Shown here one piece after another: positions 46,946-57,828 of a DNA stretch of 64,000 bases (its first letter is position 1; the number at the start of each line of letters is the position of its first letter). The stretch covers positions 82,756 to 146,755 of the forward strand of contig DWWS01000013.1 of assembly GCA_019119595.1 (NCBI GenBank). The letters are read 5' to 3'. The translations under genes were made by a program, and so were the position numbers. Under the pieces are notes generated by a model. It saw only the letters and a program-made list of their open reading frames with translations, had not been told where the DNA came from and did not search any database. This DNA comes from Candidatus Eisenbergiella merdavium (GTDB lineage: Bacteria; Bacillota; Clostridia; Lachnospirales; Lachnospiraceae).

Positions 46946-48712
46946 ATGGAAAGAACAGCCAGAATTTATGGCATTAACGGGCCGCTCGTCACCATTCAGG
47001 GCGAGACGGATCTGAAGATGGGCGAAATGATCTACGTGGGTGCGGAAAAGCTGGTAGGCGAAGTGATCCGCTTAAGCAGCGAAATGGCGACCATCCAGGT
47101 TTTTGAAGAGACCTCCGGCCTGAAGCCCGGCGAAACCATCTATCCCACGGGAGCCACCCTTTCGGTAACGCTCGCTCCCGGCATCATCAAAAACATATTT
47201 GACGGCATCGAACGCCCCCTGGCGCAGATCGCGGAAAAATCCGGAGCCTATATCGACAGGGGCTTTTCCATGGATTCCCTGGATATGGAGAAAAAATGGG
47301 AGACCAGGCTCTGCGTGAAGCCGGGCGAGCAGGTGTTCGGCGGAACCGTGATCGCAGAGGTGCAGGAGACCGCGGCCATCGTGCATAAGGTCATGGTGCC
47401 TCCCGGAATCTCCGGAACCGTGGAAACCGTCGTTCCGGACGGAAGCTACACCATCGGAGAAACGCTGGTGACGGTGTTCCAGGCCGATGAGACGGTTGCG
47501 AAGCTGTCCATGATCCAGAAATGGCCCATCCGCGTGCCTCGTCCGGTGATGAAGCGGTTCCCCGCCTCCCGTCCGCTGGTGACGGGACAGCGTATCCTGG
47601 ACACGCTTTTTCCCATTGCAAAAGGGGGAACGGCCGCCATCCCCGGCGGATTCGGAACGGGAAAGACAATGACCCAGCATGCCATCGCCAAATGGTCGGA
47701 TGCGGATATCATCGTATACATCGGCTGCGGCGAGCGCGGCAACGAAATGACGGAGGTGCTGGAGGACTTTTCCAAACTGATCGACCCCAGAACCGGCAAG
47801 CCTCTGATGGATCGGACCGTGCTGATCGCAAACACCTCCAACATGCCCGTTGCGGCCCGTGAGGCCAGCATTTATACCGGCCTTACCCTGGCGGAATATT
47901 ACAGGGACATGGGCTACCATGTGGCGATCATGGCGGATTCCACCTCCCGCTGGGCCGAGGCGCTCCGAGAGCTTTCCGGCCGCCTGGAGGAAATGCCCGC
48001 CGAGGAAGGCTTCCCGGCCTATCTCGCCAGCCGCCTTTCCGGCTTCTATGAGAGAGCCGGCATGGTCAAGACCCTGAACGGAAACGAAGGAAGCGTCACC
48101 ATCATCGGAGCCGTTTCCCCCCAGGGCGGCGACTTTTCCGAGCCCGTCACTCAGAATACCAAGCGCTTCGTCCGCTGCTTCTGGGGGCTGGACAAGAACC
48201 TCGCCTATTCCAGACATTTCCCGGCCATCAACTGGCTCTCCAGCTACAGCGAGTATCTGTCCGATCTTGCCAGCTGGTATGCGGATAACGTGGGCCCGGA
48301 TTTCATCGACGACAGAAACCAGCTCGTCGCCATTCTGAATCAGGAAAGCAGCCTGATGGAGATCGTGAAGCTGATCGGAAACGACGTCCTTCCGGACGAC
48401 CAGAAGCTGACGCTGGAGATTGCCAGAGTGATCCGTCTGGGATTCCTTCAGCAGAACGCCTTCCACCCTCAGGACACCTGCGTTCCTCTGGAAAAGCAGA
48501 AGAAAATGATGGACACCATCCTGTATCTGTACGCGAAGGCAAAAGCCCTGGTATCCATGGGCATGCCCATGTCCGTCCTCAAGGAGGACAGGATCTTTGA
48601 CCGGGTGATTTCCATTAAATATGACGTGGAAAACGACCGCCTGGATAAATTTGACGACTACAGGGCGGCGATCGATCAATTCTATGACGACGTGATCGCC
48701 CGTAATGCATAA
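46946..48712 (+). CDS. ntpA: V/A-type ATPase catalytic subunit A
   Basis: GGFGTGKT P-loop, GCGERGNEM, ADSTSRWAEALRE. Confidence 0.96.
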   Translation: MERTARIYGINGPLVTIQGETDLKMGEMIYVGAEKLVGEVIRLSSEMATIQVFEETSGLKPGETIYPTGATLSVTLAPGIIKNIFDGIERPLAQIAEKSGAYIDRGFSMDSLDMEKKWETRLCVKPGEQVFGGTVIAEVQETAAIVHKVMVPPGISGTVETVVPDGSYTIGETLVTVFQADETVAKLSMIQKWPIRVPRPVMKRFPASRPLVTGQRILDTLFPIAKGGTAAIPGGFGTGKTMTQHAIAKWSDADIIVYIGCGERGNEMTEVLEDFSKLIDPRTGKPLMDRTVLIANTSNMPVAAREASIYTGLTLAEYYRDMGYHVAIMADSTSRWAEALRELSGRLEEMPAEEGFPAYLASRLSGFYERAGMVKTLNGNEGSVTIIGAVSPQGGDFSEPVTQNTKRFVRCFWGLDKNLAYSRHFPAINWLSSYSEYLSDLASWYADNVGPDFIDDRNQLVAILNQESSLMEIVKLIGNDVLPDDQKLTLEIARVIRLGFLQQNAFHPQDTCVPLEKQKKMMDTILYLYAKAKALVSMGMPMSVLKEDRIFDRVISIKYDVENDRLDKFDDYRAAIDQFYDDVIARNA

Positions 48713-48724
48713 TGGAGGAATGTA

Positions 48725-50119
48725 ATGGCTATAGAATATTTGGGCCTGAAGTCCGTGAACGGCCCCTTCGTCGTGCTGGAGGGCGTCAGGGGAGCGGCCT
48801 ATGATGAGATCGTGGAGATCATTGCGGACGGGAAGGACAGAAGGCTCGGACGTATCGTGGAGATCAATGAGGATAAGGCGGTGGTTCAGGTTTTTGAATC
48901 CACCGAGAACCTGTCTCTGAAAAACACCCATACCAGACTGACCGGAAAGCCCATGGAGATCGGCCTGACCGGGGATCTGCTGGGAAGAACCTTCAACGGC
49001 ATCGGCGAGCCAATTGACAACCTGGGCGAAGTGGTTGCGGAAAAGTACGCGGACGTCAACGGAAAACCCTTAAATCCCGTGACCAGAGAGTATCCCAGAA
49101 ACTATATCCGCACCGGTATCTCGGCCATCGACGGCCTGACCACCCTGATCCGCGGCCAGAAGCTCCCGATCTTTTCCGGAAACGGCCTTCCCCATGATCA
49201 GCTTGCGGCGCAGATCGTGCGCCAGGCTTCCCTGGGAGAGGACTCCGACGAGCAGTTCGCCATCGTGTTCGCCGCAATGGGCGTAAAATACGACGTGGCC
49301 GAATATTTCCGCTCCACCTTCGCGGAGAGCGGCGTTCTGGATCACGTGGTGATGTTTTTGAACATGGCGAACGACCCGGTGGTGGAACGTCTGATCACGC
49401 CCAAGGTGGCGCTGACCGCGGCGGAATATCTGGCCTTTGAAAAGCAGATGCACATCCTGGTCATCCTGACGGATATGACCTCCTTTGCGGAAGCCATGCG
49501 TGAGGTATCCTCAAGCAAGGGAGAGATTCCTTCCAGAAAGGGCTATCCCGGCTATCTGTATTCCGAGCTTGCCACGCTTTACGAGCGCGCGGGCATTGTG
49601 GAGGGCATCAACGGCTCCGTGACCCAGATCCCGATTCTGACCATGCCCAACGATGATATCACCCACCCGATCCCCGACCTGACCGGCTACATCACGGAGG
49701 GCCAGATCGTGCTGGACCGGGAGCTGAACGGCCAGTCGGTCTATCCCCCCATCAGCGTGCTGCCCAGCCTGTCCCGTCTGATGAAGGACGGCATCGGAGA
49801 GGGCTACACCAGAGCGGATCACCAGTCCGTAGCCAACCAGCTCTTTTCTTCCTATGCGAAGGTGGGAGACGCCAGAGCCCTTGCCAGCGTCATCGGTGAG
49901 GACGAGCTTTCCGACCTGGATAAGCAGTATCTGAAATTCGGCCGCATGTTTGAAAAGCATTTCGTGGGACAAGGCCTGGAGGAAAACCGCACCATCATCC
50001 GCACCCTTGAGATCGGCTGGAGCCTTCTGCGCATGCTTCCCAGAGAGGAGCTGGACCGGATCGATACGAAGATCCTGGACGAATACTACGACGCCGGAGA
50101 GGCGATGCAGGAGGAGTAA
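48725..50119 (+). CDS. ntpB: V/A-type ATPase subunit B
   Basis: [10 protein letters not shown] and [16 protein letters not shown]. Confidence 0.96.
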   Translation: MAIEYLGLKSVNGPFVVLEGVRGAAYDEIVEIIADGKDRRLGRIVEINEDKAVVQVFESTENLSLKNTHTRLTGKPMEIGLTGDLLGRTFNGIGEPIDNLGEVVAEKYADVNGKPLNPVTREYPRNYIRTGISAIDGLTTLIRGQKLPIFSGNGLPHDQLAAQIVRQASLGEDSDEQFAIVFAAMGVKYDVAEYFRSTFAESGVLDHVVMFLNMANDPVVERLITPKVALTAAEYLAFEKQMHILVILTDMTSFAEAMREVSSSKGEIPSRKGYPGYLYSELATLYERAGIVEGINGSVTQIPILTMPNDDITHPIPDLTGYITEGQIVLDRELNGQSVYPPISVLPSLSRLMKDGIGEGYTRADHQSVANQLFSSYAKVGDARALASVIGEDELSDLDKQYLKFGRMFEKHFVGQGLEENRTIIRTLEIGWSLLRMLPREELDRIDTKILDEYYDAGEAMQEE

Positions 50120-50236
50120 AACGGCCGTAAGGACGCCTCGCTGTGAAAAGAGGGCCGTGGAACACGGCCGGAACGGTCGCTTCGCTGCGAAATAGGGGCC
50201 TGTGAAAAGCGGGCCGTCGCCGCGGAAAGGAAAGCT

Positions 50237-50860
50237 ATGAATACGAACGCATTTCCCACAAAAGGAAATCTCATGCTCGCCAAAAACTCCCTCGCGCTCG
50301 CAAAGCAGGGCTATGAGCTGATGGATAAGAAGCGCAACATCCTGATCCGGGAGCTGATGAACCTGATCGAGGAGGCAAAAAACATCCAGACACAGATCGA
50401 CAGCACCTTTACGGAGGCCTATCAGGCGCTGCAGCAGGCGAATATCGAGGTCGGCATTCATTATGTCCAGCAGATCGCCCAGGCGGTTCCGGTGGAAACA
50501 AAAGTGCGCATCAAGACCAGGAGCATCATGGGAACGGAGATCCCGCTGGTGGAGCATGAGGAAGAAAAAAAGGTTCCCTACTACGGATTTTACAATTCCA
50601 GCGAGTCGGTTGACGCGGCGCGGGAGGGCTTCCTGAAGGTGAAGGAGCTGACCCTGAAGCTGTCCATGGTGGAAAATTCCGCTTACCGCCTCGCCATGAA
50701 CATCCGCAAGACCCAGAAGCGCGCCAACGCGCTGAAGAACATCACCATCCCCTCCTATTCCGCGCTGGTCAGGGATATCACCAACGCGCTGGATGAAAAG
50801 GACAGGGAGGAATTTACCAGACTGAAGGTGGTGAAGCGGATCGTAGGGGAGAAGGACTGA
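50237..50860 (+). CDS. ntpD: V/A-type ATPase subunit D
   Basis: PTKGNL, KTQKRANAL, DREEFTRLK. Confidence 0.94.
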   Translation: MNTNAFPTKGNLMLAKNSLALAKQGYELMDKKRNILIRELMNLIEEAKNIQTQIDSTFTEAYQALQQANIEVGIHYVQQIAQAVPVETKVRIKTRSIMGTEIPLVEHEEEKKVPYYGFYNSSESVDAAREGFLKVKELTLKLSMVENSAYRLAMNIRKTQKRANALKNITIPSYSALVRDITNALDEKDREEFTRLKVVKRIVGEKD

Positions 50861-50917
50861 AAAGAGGACTTAACTCCCGACGGACAATAAAGGAGACACG
50901 GATTTCAGGAGAGAAGT

Positions 50918-51979
50918 ATGCTGTTTGATCGGAAAATAGGGAATCTGAAGGACTGGGGGCGGATCTTTCAGGACCGCGCCGCTTTTGAACCCCTCATAAA
51001 AGAGATTTTCACACGGCACGGCCTGCCCTTTACCGCCGTCTGCTCCTGCACGCCCGGCTCCAACGCGGTCTTTCGCGTCGGAGCCGGATGTGCAGGAGAT
51101 TATATTATTAAGATCTTTGCGCCTCCCGAATCGGAGATCGGTTCGGAAAGCGATTTTCTCACGGAGCGCTTCGGCCTGCAGCGGGCAGAGAGACTGGAAA
51201 TTCCGGTTCCACGGCTGTATGCGGAGGGCGTGATCGAGGACGCCTACACCTTCCGCTATCTGGTGCTGGAATATGTGGAAGGTAGCTCCCTTGCGGATAT
51301 TTCCGAAAGCCTGTCCCCCGGGGAGCGCCGCAGGATCGGGCACGACCTGCGCCGCATCGTTGACCGTATGGACACACCCTGCGGCACCTTTAACAGCCAT
51401 ACGCTGTTCGGGCAGGCGGCGGAGGCCCGGTGGAAGGCGTTCCCGGAAAGCTTTCAGCGGGAGCGGAAGGCATATCTGCAGGAAAAAGGATATGCGGAGG
51501 AAAAGGAGGGCGGCGCGGCTGTTTCGTCCGGCGCGGCTGCTTCGTCCGGTGCGGCTGTCTCGTCCGGCGCGGCTCCCGCGTCATCCGCGTCCGGCCTCTC
51601 CGGCCTGTCAGGGAGGTCACAAAATTCCGGAATATCCGGCCCGGAAGCAATGGTTTACGTGCACGGAGACCTGAATCCGGATAATATCCTGATCCGGCCG
51701 GACGGAAGCCTCTGCCTGATCGATTTTGCGGACGCGCTGACAGCGCCCGTCGAGCTGGAGCTTGCGGGCCTTCTGTGTGACGGCTTTCATTTTGATCCGG
51801 ATTATATCAACGGTTTCCTGGGTCTGGAACGGCCGGAAGCAGGGGAGCTTACAGAGCGCCTGCTGTACGGGCTTATGATACACGATTTTGGGGTGAATAT
51901 CATACAGGATAATATCTGCGCGCCGGAGAAGATCGCTTTTTTAGGAGAGTTAAGAAGGAGAATGGCGGATAAATTCTGA
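50918..51979 (+). CDS. APH/choline-kinase-like phosphotransferase
   Basis: VHGDLNPDNIL and LIDFAD motifs; carries an Ala/Ser repeat insert. Confidence 0.8.
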   Translation: MLFDRKIGNLKDWGRIFQDRAAFEPLIKEIFTRHGLPFTAVCSCTPGSNAVFRVGAGCAGDYIIKIFAPPESEIGSESDFLTERFGLQRAERLEIPVPRLYAEGVIEDAYTFRYLVLEYVEGSSLADISESLSPGERRRIGHDLRRIVDRMDTPCGTFNSHTLFGQAAEARWKAFPESFQRERKAYLQEKGYAEEKEGGAAVSSGAAASSGAAVSSGAAPASSASGLSGLSGRSQNSGISGPEAMVYVHGDLNPDNILIRPDGSLCLIDFADALTAPVELELAGLLCDGFHFDPDYINGFLGLERPEAGELTERLLYGLMIHDFGVNIIQDNICAPEKIAFLGELRRRMADKF

Positions 51980-52114
51980 TATTCTGATGAAAAAAGTGCA
52001 ATATACATATTTGTAGTAAAAATAGATAAAATGCAAGTTGCAATATTGTCTAATACTACAGAAATATGATTTTTGTATTGCAAAAAATAGCGAAGGGGTT
52101 ATAATAAGGACAAA

Positions 52115-52128
52115 TGGTAGCGTTCCCA
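52115..52128. promoter_or_regulatory. LacI-family operator (autoregulatory)
   Basis: tggtagcgttccca just downstream of a tataat; matches the sites at 53191 and 53210. Confidence 0.65.
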
Positions 52129-52157
52129 TTAGCGTTTGTTAGGTGAAGGATTACAGC

Positions 52158-53144
52158 GTGAATATTATTGATGTCGCAAGAGAAGCAGGTGTATCGAAAA
52201 CAACGGTATCCAGGGTATTAACAAACAGCAAGCTTGTGAAGCCGGAAACGAGAGAGAAAGTTCTTGCCACCATAGAAAAGATGGGGTTTATTCCAAATAC
52301 TTCGGCGCAGAAGCTTGCAGGAAATCGAAATTATGTAATCGGAATCATTAACAGTGAATCTATTAATGACCCGTTTTATGGCTATGTGGAGGATCAGATC
52401 GCGCAGGAATGCAGAAAACGGGGATACGGAGTAATTTATACAGTAACACATAATGAAAATATTGGATGTGAGAGAGAAATATCCATGCTGTACGGCAAGG
52501 TAGATGCGTTCATTATTCTGGGAAATCAGGGGATTCTGGAAAAAGATGTGGAAAAGGTTGTGAGAATGCAGATGCCGATCGCTCTTTTCAAAACAGATGT
52601 TGAAAAGGAAGGCGCCATGTCTGTGGATGTTGACAATGTACAGGGCGGTTATATGGCAGCCAAATATCTGTTAGAAAAAGGGTATAAACGGATTGGGTAT
52701 ATGCATGGAAGCCGGACCAGGGATTTTCGGGAAGGAAATCAGAGGGAAGCCGGCTTTATGAAGGCAATGCAGGAAGCCGGGAGAGAAATTGCGGCGCATT
52801 TCTATGGCACCAGAAGCTATTCGGAAGCATATTATTCGACAGAGCAGATAATCCTTTCCGGAGTTGATGCATTGTTTTGTGAAACAGACATGATGGCGTA
52901 CGGTATTCTGCAGGGAATGAAGGAAAAGGAGATCTCAATCCCTCATAATATTGCGGTTCTTGGCTTTGATAATGCAAAGTTTACCAATTATGAAACGCAG
53001 ATCAAGCTTTCGACGATTGGACAGCCTCTTGAAAAAATGACAGGCTATATGGTGGAAGGGTTGATTAATATGCTTGAGTATGGTCAGAAATATGAGAAAA
53101 CAACTCTGTTTGAGACTGATCTTATAGAGGGAGAAACAGCATGA
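52158..53144 (+). CDS. LacI-family repressor
   Basis: IIDVAREAGVSKTTVSRVL and IAVLGFDN. Confidence 0.93.
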   Translation: MNIIDVAREAGVSKTTVSRVLTNSKLVKPETREKVLATIEKMGFIPNTSAQKLAGNRNYVIGIINSESINDPFYGYVEDQIAQECRKRGYGVIYTVTHNENIGCEREISMLYGKVDAFIILGNQGILEKDVEKVVRMQMPIALFKTDVEKEGAMSVDVDNVQGGYMAAKYLLEKGYKRIGYMHGSRTRDFREGNQREAGFMKAMQEAGREIAAHFYGTRSYSEAYYSTEQIILSGVDALFCETDMMAYGILQGMKEKEISIPHNIAVLGFDNAKFTNYETQIKLSTIGQPLEKMTGYMVEGLINMLEYGQKYEKTTLFETDLIEGETA

Positions 53145-53190
53145 GCGGAAAGGAGGGAAAAGATGCAGAAGTTTATGTTTTACCTTAAAA

Positions 53191-53223
53191 TGGGAACGTT
53201 CCCATAAAGTGGGAGCGGTTCCA
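53191..53223. promoter_or_regulatory. Tandem LacI-family operators
   Basis: tgggaacgttccca (perfect palindrome) and tgggagcggttcca. Confidence 0.75.
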
Positions 53224-53297
53224 TTTTAAAGAGAGAATATGTGATGAAATAAAGCTGTATAAGACTGTTTTGCAACGAAAAAAAGGAGGAAAAAGAA

Positions 53298-54653
53298 ATG
53301 AGGAAGAAATTGGCGTTGCTGCTGGCAGGTGGGATGATGATATCTGCGCTGACAGCGTGCAGTTCCGGCGGGACGACAGCCGAAGAGACAAATACAGGAG
53401 GGAATGTATCAGAAGAAGCCACAGCGGCATCAGGGGAGGAAAGCGGAACAGAAGATGCGGCAGGCAATTCCGAATACAGCGGAACGTTGGAAGTGTGGTG
53501 CTGGACTACAGATCCTGAGTATCAGATTGAAGCCTTCGAGAAAGCCTATCCAAATGTGAAGGTTAATTTTACCATGATCGGAACGGATTATGATACGAAG
53601 ATGCAGACCATTGTGGACAACCGTACAGAAGGTCCGGATGTTTTTTATTCTGATGTAAAAAATGTAAAAAACTATATTGAGTCAGAAGCCTGGGAAAATC
53701 TTTCGGCAGATCCGTATAATGCGGATACAAGTGATCTGGAAGATTATACGGTTAAGCTTGGTTCTGATGCGGATGGAAATGTAAGGGCTTTAAGCTACCA
53801 GGCTACGCCCGGAGGATTCTGGTATAAGCGGAATCTTGCAAAGGAGTATCTGGGAACAGATGATCCGAATGAAATTTCTGAAATGCTCTCAACCATGGAC
53901 GGTGTTTTCGAGGCGGCGGAAAAAATAAAAACGGCCAGCAACGGTGCGACGCATATGTTTGCTACGTATAAAGATATCTGGCAGTTTGCCAACTATGGTA
54001 TGAGAACAACGCCGTGGGTTGTGGACGGAAAATTCCAAATGGATGATTATGTATCGGAATTCTTCGATGTTTCCAAACAGATCAGGGATAATGATTATGA
54101 TGCCAAGATTGATACCTGGTCGGAAGCATGGTATGCATCCTGTGCTGATGACTCCGTATTCGGCTACGTTGAGCCTACTTGGGGCCTGCAGTATGTGATT
54201 ATGACAGGAGCGCCTGAGTCGGAAGGAAATTGGGGAATTGCCTCTATGCCGGCGGCATATTTCAACGGGGGATCTTATCTAGGCATCTATCAGGAAAGCA
54301 AAAATAAGGATCTGGCATGGCTGTATATTGATTTTGTATGCAACAATCATGATTTCCTGAATCAATATGCGCAGGATAAGGGTGATTATACCAGTATGAA
54401 GTCTGTGAATCAGGAAATTGCGGAGAGCGGATATGAAGAATCCTGGTGCGCCGGACAGAATACCTTTGAGTTTTTTGCCGGCCAGATGGATAAGATTAAT
54501 ACGGATATTGTTACCAGGTATGACGATACGATCGGGAATCTGCTTCTTAATAATGTGGATCTGTATCTCAACGGACAGCTTGATAAAGATGCGGCAATCC
54601 AGCAGTTTAAGGATGATGTGGGGACAAACTACAGAAATATTGAGGTAGAGTAA
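53298..54653 (+). CDS. Sugar ABC transporter solute-binding lipoprotein
   Basis: Lipobox LTAC and GGSYLGI motif. Confidence 0.9.
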   Translation: MRKKLALLLAGGMMISALTACSSGGTTAEETNTGGNVSEEATAASGEESGTEDAAGNSEYSGTLEVWCWTTDPEYQIEAFEKAYPNVKVNFTMIGTDYDTKMQTIVDNRTEGPDVFYSDVKNVKNYIESEAWENLSADPYNADTSDLEDYTVKLGSDADGNVRALSYQATPGGFWYKRNLAKEYLGTDDPNEISEMLSTMDGVFEAAEKIKTASNGATHMFATYKDIWQFANYGMRTTPWVVDGKFQMDDYVSEFFDVSKQIRDNDYDAKIDTWSEAWYASCADDSVFGYVEPTWGLQYVIMTGAPESEGNWGIASMPAAYFNGGSYLGIYQESKNKDLAWLYIDFVCNNHDFLNQYAQDKGDYTSMKSVNQEIAESGYEESWCAGQNTFEFFAGQMDKINTDIVTRYDDTIGNLLLNNVDLYLNGQLDKDAAIQQFKDDVGTNYRNIEVE

Positions 54654-54725
54654 AAAAATATGCAGGAGCGGGGCAGTCCATCCGGGCTGCCCCGTCCGGA
54701 CGACGGGAAAGATGGAGGGATGACA

Positions 54726-55613
54726 ATGAAAAGAAAAAGAGCAAAATGGGGGATAATTTTTTGCCTGCCTTTTCTGATCACGTTTCTGATTTTTCAATTG
54801 TATCCTATTCTTTACAGCTTATATCTAAGCTTTATGTTTCAGGAAAGCAGCCGTACCTTTGTTTTTGCCGGACTGAAAAACTATCAGGATCTGATTCAGG
54901 ACAAGGTATTCTGGCAGAGTGTGGGAAATACCTGGAAAATCTGGCTTCTTTGCTTTATTCCGCAGATTGTCAGCGCATTGCTTTTGGCAATTCTTCTGAC
55001 ACAGTACAAAGTGAGGGGAGCAACCTTTTTCAGAGGCGTATTCTATCTGCCTAACCTGATTACGGCCGCATCCATCGGCGTGCTGTTTCTGGCCCTGTTT
55101 GACTGGCAGACCGGAAGCGTGAATAATGCGCTTGTTGCTCTTGGGCTGATTCAGGAAAAAATTAACTGGATGAGCAGTCCGGTTTTTGCCCAGCTCATTG
55201 TGTCGTTCATTCAATGGCTGATGTGGTTTGGATATTCTTCCATTTTGTTGACTGCGGGAATATCCTCTATTTCAGAGGATATCATAGATGCTTCCGTGGT
55301 GGACGGGGCGAATGCGTGGAACCGCCTGATAAAGATAACGCTTCCTCTGCTGAAACCCACTATTTTATATGTACTTGTTACCTCGCTGATCGGAGGCATG
55401 CAGATATTTGATATTCCTATGACCTTGACGAAGGGGACCGGAGAACCGGCAAAGTCACTGATGACAATGGTTTTGTATCTTTACAATATGGCATTTAAGA
55501 ATAATGACCTTCCATATGGAGCAACTATTTCATACGGTATTTTTGTCATTATCATTGTCTTTTCGCTTATTTTCTTCAAGGTTCTCTACGGAAGGGAGGA
55601 TAAGGACGTATGA
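54726..55613 (+). CDS. Sugar ABC transporter permease
   Basis: DASVVDGANAW...ITLPLLKP. Confidence 0.9.
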   Translation: MKRKRAKWGIIFCLPFLITFLIFQLYPILYSLYLSFMFQESSRTFVFAGLKNYQDLIQDKVFWQSVGNTWKIWLLCFIPQIVSALLLAILLTQYKVRGATFFRGVFYLPNLITAASIGVLFLALFDWQTGSVNNALVALGLIQEKINWMSSPVFAQLIVSFIQWLMWFGYSSILLTAGISSISEDIIDASVVDGANAWNRLIKITLPLLKPTILYVLVTSLIGGMQIFDIPMTLTKGTGEPAKSLMTMVLYLYNMAFKNNDLPYGATISYGIFVIIIVFSLIFFKVLYGREDKDV

Positions 55614-56434
55614 AAAAGATCCGGATTTCGCATATATTCATTTATATCCTTTTGATTCTATTGGCATTCATATGCATTGTGCCGTTCTATATCATGCTTA
55701 TTAACTCTACACACAGTACCAACGAGCTGTACACAGGGTTAAGCCTGCTGCCAGGGAAATATCTGATTGAAAATATACGGAATATGAATGAAAGGGTGAA
55801 TATGCTGCGGGGATTTTTGAACAGCTTTATCATCGCAGTATCCTCCACAGCGCTTTCCATTTATTTCGGAACCATGACTGCCTTTGGGCTGTTTGAATAT
55901 AAATTTAAACTGAAAAGGGTAATCTATACAATCCTGATGGTCTCGCTGATGGTTCCCGGACAATTGGGAATTATCGGGTTATTTAAGCTCTGCAATGGTC
56001 TGAACCTGCTTAATACATACTGGCCGATTATCCTTCCAAGCATTGCGAATGCGAGCACGATATTTTTTGTTCTTCAATATCTGGAATCCTCTATGAGCGA
56101 AGAGCTTTTTGATTCCGCAAGAATAGATGGAGCGGGTGAAGTGAGAATTTTCCATTCCTTTGTGCTTCCGTTGTCCAAACCGGCTCTGTCAACGATGTGT
56201 ATATTTAATTTTGTTTCATATTGGAATAATTTTTTCAATCCGATGATCCTGCTTTTTAACGATGACAAATTTACAGTGCCCCTGCTGATAAACAATCTGA
56301 ACAACGGAATGCTTCAGGACCTTGGGGCAAAATATGCGGCGATTGCCGTATCTATTGTCCCTATCATCATTGTATATTGCTTCATATCGAAGTCACTTAC
56401 TAAGGGGATGATGGCCGGAGCAATTAAAAGCTGA
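55610..56434 (+). CDS. Sugar ABC transporter permease
   Basis: DSARIDGAGE loop. Confidence 0.9.
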   Translation: MKKIRISHIFIYILLILLAFICIVPFYIMLINSTHSTNELYTGLSLLPGKYLIENIRNMNERVNMLRGFLNSFIIAVSSTALSIYFGTMTAFGLFEYKFKLKRVIYTILMVSLMVPGQLGIIGLFKLCNGLNLLNTYWPIILPSIANASTIFFVLQYLESSMSEELFDSARIDGAGEVRIFHSFVLPLSKPALSTMCIFNFVSYWNNFFNPMILLFNDDKFTVPLLINNLNNGMLQDLGAKYAAIAVSIVPIIIVYCFISKSLTKGMMAGAIKS

Positions 56435-56447
56435 AACGGAGGTGCTT

Positions 56448-57803
56448 ATGAAATTTCCGCAGAATTTTGTTTGGGGTGCAGCAAGTTCTTCTTATCAGGT
56501 AGAAGGGGCCTATGATTCGGAGGGCAAAGGAATGTCTGTATGGGATGTTTATACACATGAACCGGATCATATTTTAAATGACGATACCGGGGATGAAGCA
56601 TGTGACCATTACGGACGGTTTGATACAGACCTGCGGATTATGCAGGAGCTGAAATTGAAAGCATATCGTTTTTCAATCAGTTGGCCCAGGATATTTCCAG
56701 AGGGATTTGGGAAAATAAACGAAAAAGGTATGGATTTTTATGACCGCATGGTTGATGGGCTTCTGGAAAATAACATCGTTCCATATATTACTCTTTTTCA
56801 TTGGGAGCTCCCATATGGATTGTATTTGAAGGGAGGCTGGCTGAACAGAGACATTGCCGGATATTTTGCAGATTATGTGACGGCTGTGGTGTCAAGATTA
56901 TCAGACAGGGTGCAATTCTGGATTACGGAAAATGAGCCGCAGTGTTACATTGGTGCTGCGCTTCGGGGCGGTGGCCACGCACCGGGATTGAAGGTGGGAG
57001 AACGGGATATCTTTCTGGCTGCTCATCATTCTCTGCTTGCTCATGGATATGCGGTAGAAGCGATTCGTAAAACAGCAAAGCTGAAGCCTGTGATTGGCTA
57101 TGCTCCGGCATCCTGGCATTTATGGTCTCCGGTTACAGAATGTGAAGCTGATATTGAGGCCTGCCGGAGGGAAACCTTTCAAGCAGGGGATAATCCCATC
57201 GGTGTTACCTCCTGGTGGCTGGATCCGGTTATCCTTGGGAAATATCCGGAAACAAAAGGATATCTCTATGAAAGATATTTGCCGGATTTTCAGGAAGATG
57301 ATATGAGGGTGATTTCTCAGCCGATAGATTTTATTGGAATGAATGTTTATCAGACTTATCGGGGAAAAGCGGACGCGGAAGGAAATTGCATTACAGAAAA
57401 AAACGGGCCGGGATATGCCAGAACGAATTCAGGGTGGACAGTTACGCCGGAAGCGTTGTATTGGGGCCCAAGATTCTATTATGAAAGGTATCATAAAAAG
57501 CTTTATATTACGGAAAACGGCCTTTCCAATCAGGACTGGGTATGCATGGACGGAAAGGTACACGATCCACAGAGAATTGATTTCCTGCATCGGTACTTGT
57601 TGCAGTTAAGCAGAGAAGTAAATGAAGAAATTCCGGTGGAAGGATATTTTCATTGGGCCCTGACGGATAACTTTGAATGGGCGTCAGGGTACTCTAACCG
57701 ATTCGGACTGGTATATACCGATTTTGAAAGCCAGAACAGAATTATTAAGGATTCCGGCCGGTGGTACAGACAGGTGATAGAAAGTAACGGCGAAATTTTG
57801 TGA
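56448..57803 (+). CDS. GH1 beta-glucosidase
   Basis: FVWGAASSSYQVEG, RFSISWPR, TENEP, YITENG, DNFEWASG. Confidence 0.93.
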   Translation: MKFPQNFVWGAASSSYQVEGAYDSEGKGMSVWDVYTHEPDHILNDDTGDEACDHYGRFDTDLRIMQELKLKAYRFSISWPRIFPEGFGKINEKGMDFYDRMVDGLLENNIVPYITLFHWELPYGLYLKGGWLNRDIAGYFADYVTAVVSRLSDRVQFWITENEPQCYIGAALRGGGHAPGLKVGERDIFLAAHHSLLAHGYAVEAIRKTAKLKPVIGYAPASWHLWSPVTECEADIEACRRETFQAGDNPIGVTSWWLDPVILGKYPETKGYLYERYLPDFQEDDMRVISQPIDFIGMNVYQTYRGKADAEGNCITEKNGPGYARTNSGWTVTPEALYWGPRFYYERYHKKLYITENGLSNQDWVCMDGKVHDPQRIDFLHRYLLQLSREVNEEIPVEGYFHWALTDNFEWASGYSNRFGLVYTDFESQNRIIKDSGRWYRQVIESNGEIL

Positions 57804-57828
57804 TTTTTATATTATGAGGTGAAAGTGA

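Noticed and set aside
50141-50217. Repeat ctgtgaaaag(a/c)gggccgt twice between ATPase subunits B and D
   Set aside because: Real but short; no further structure or function supportable.
50918-51979. Calling this or 61139-62251 an aminoglycoside-resistance gene
   Set aside because: Only generic APH-superfamily motifs; the substrate cannot be inferred.
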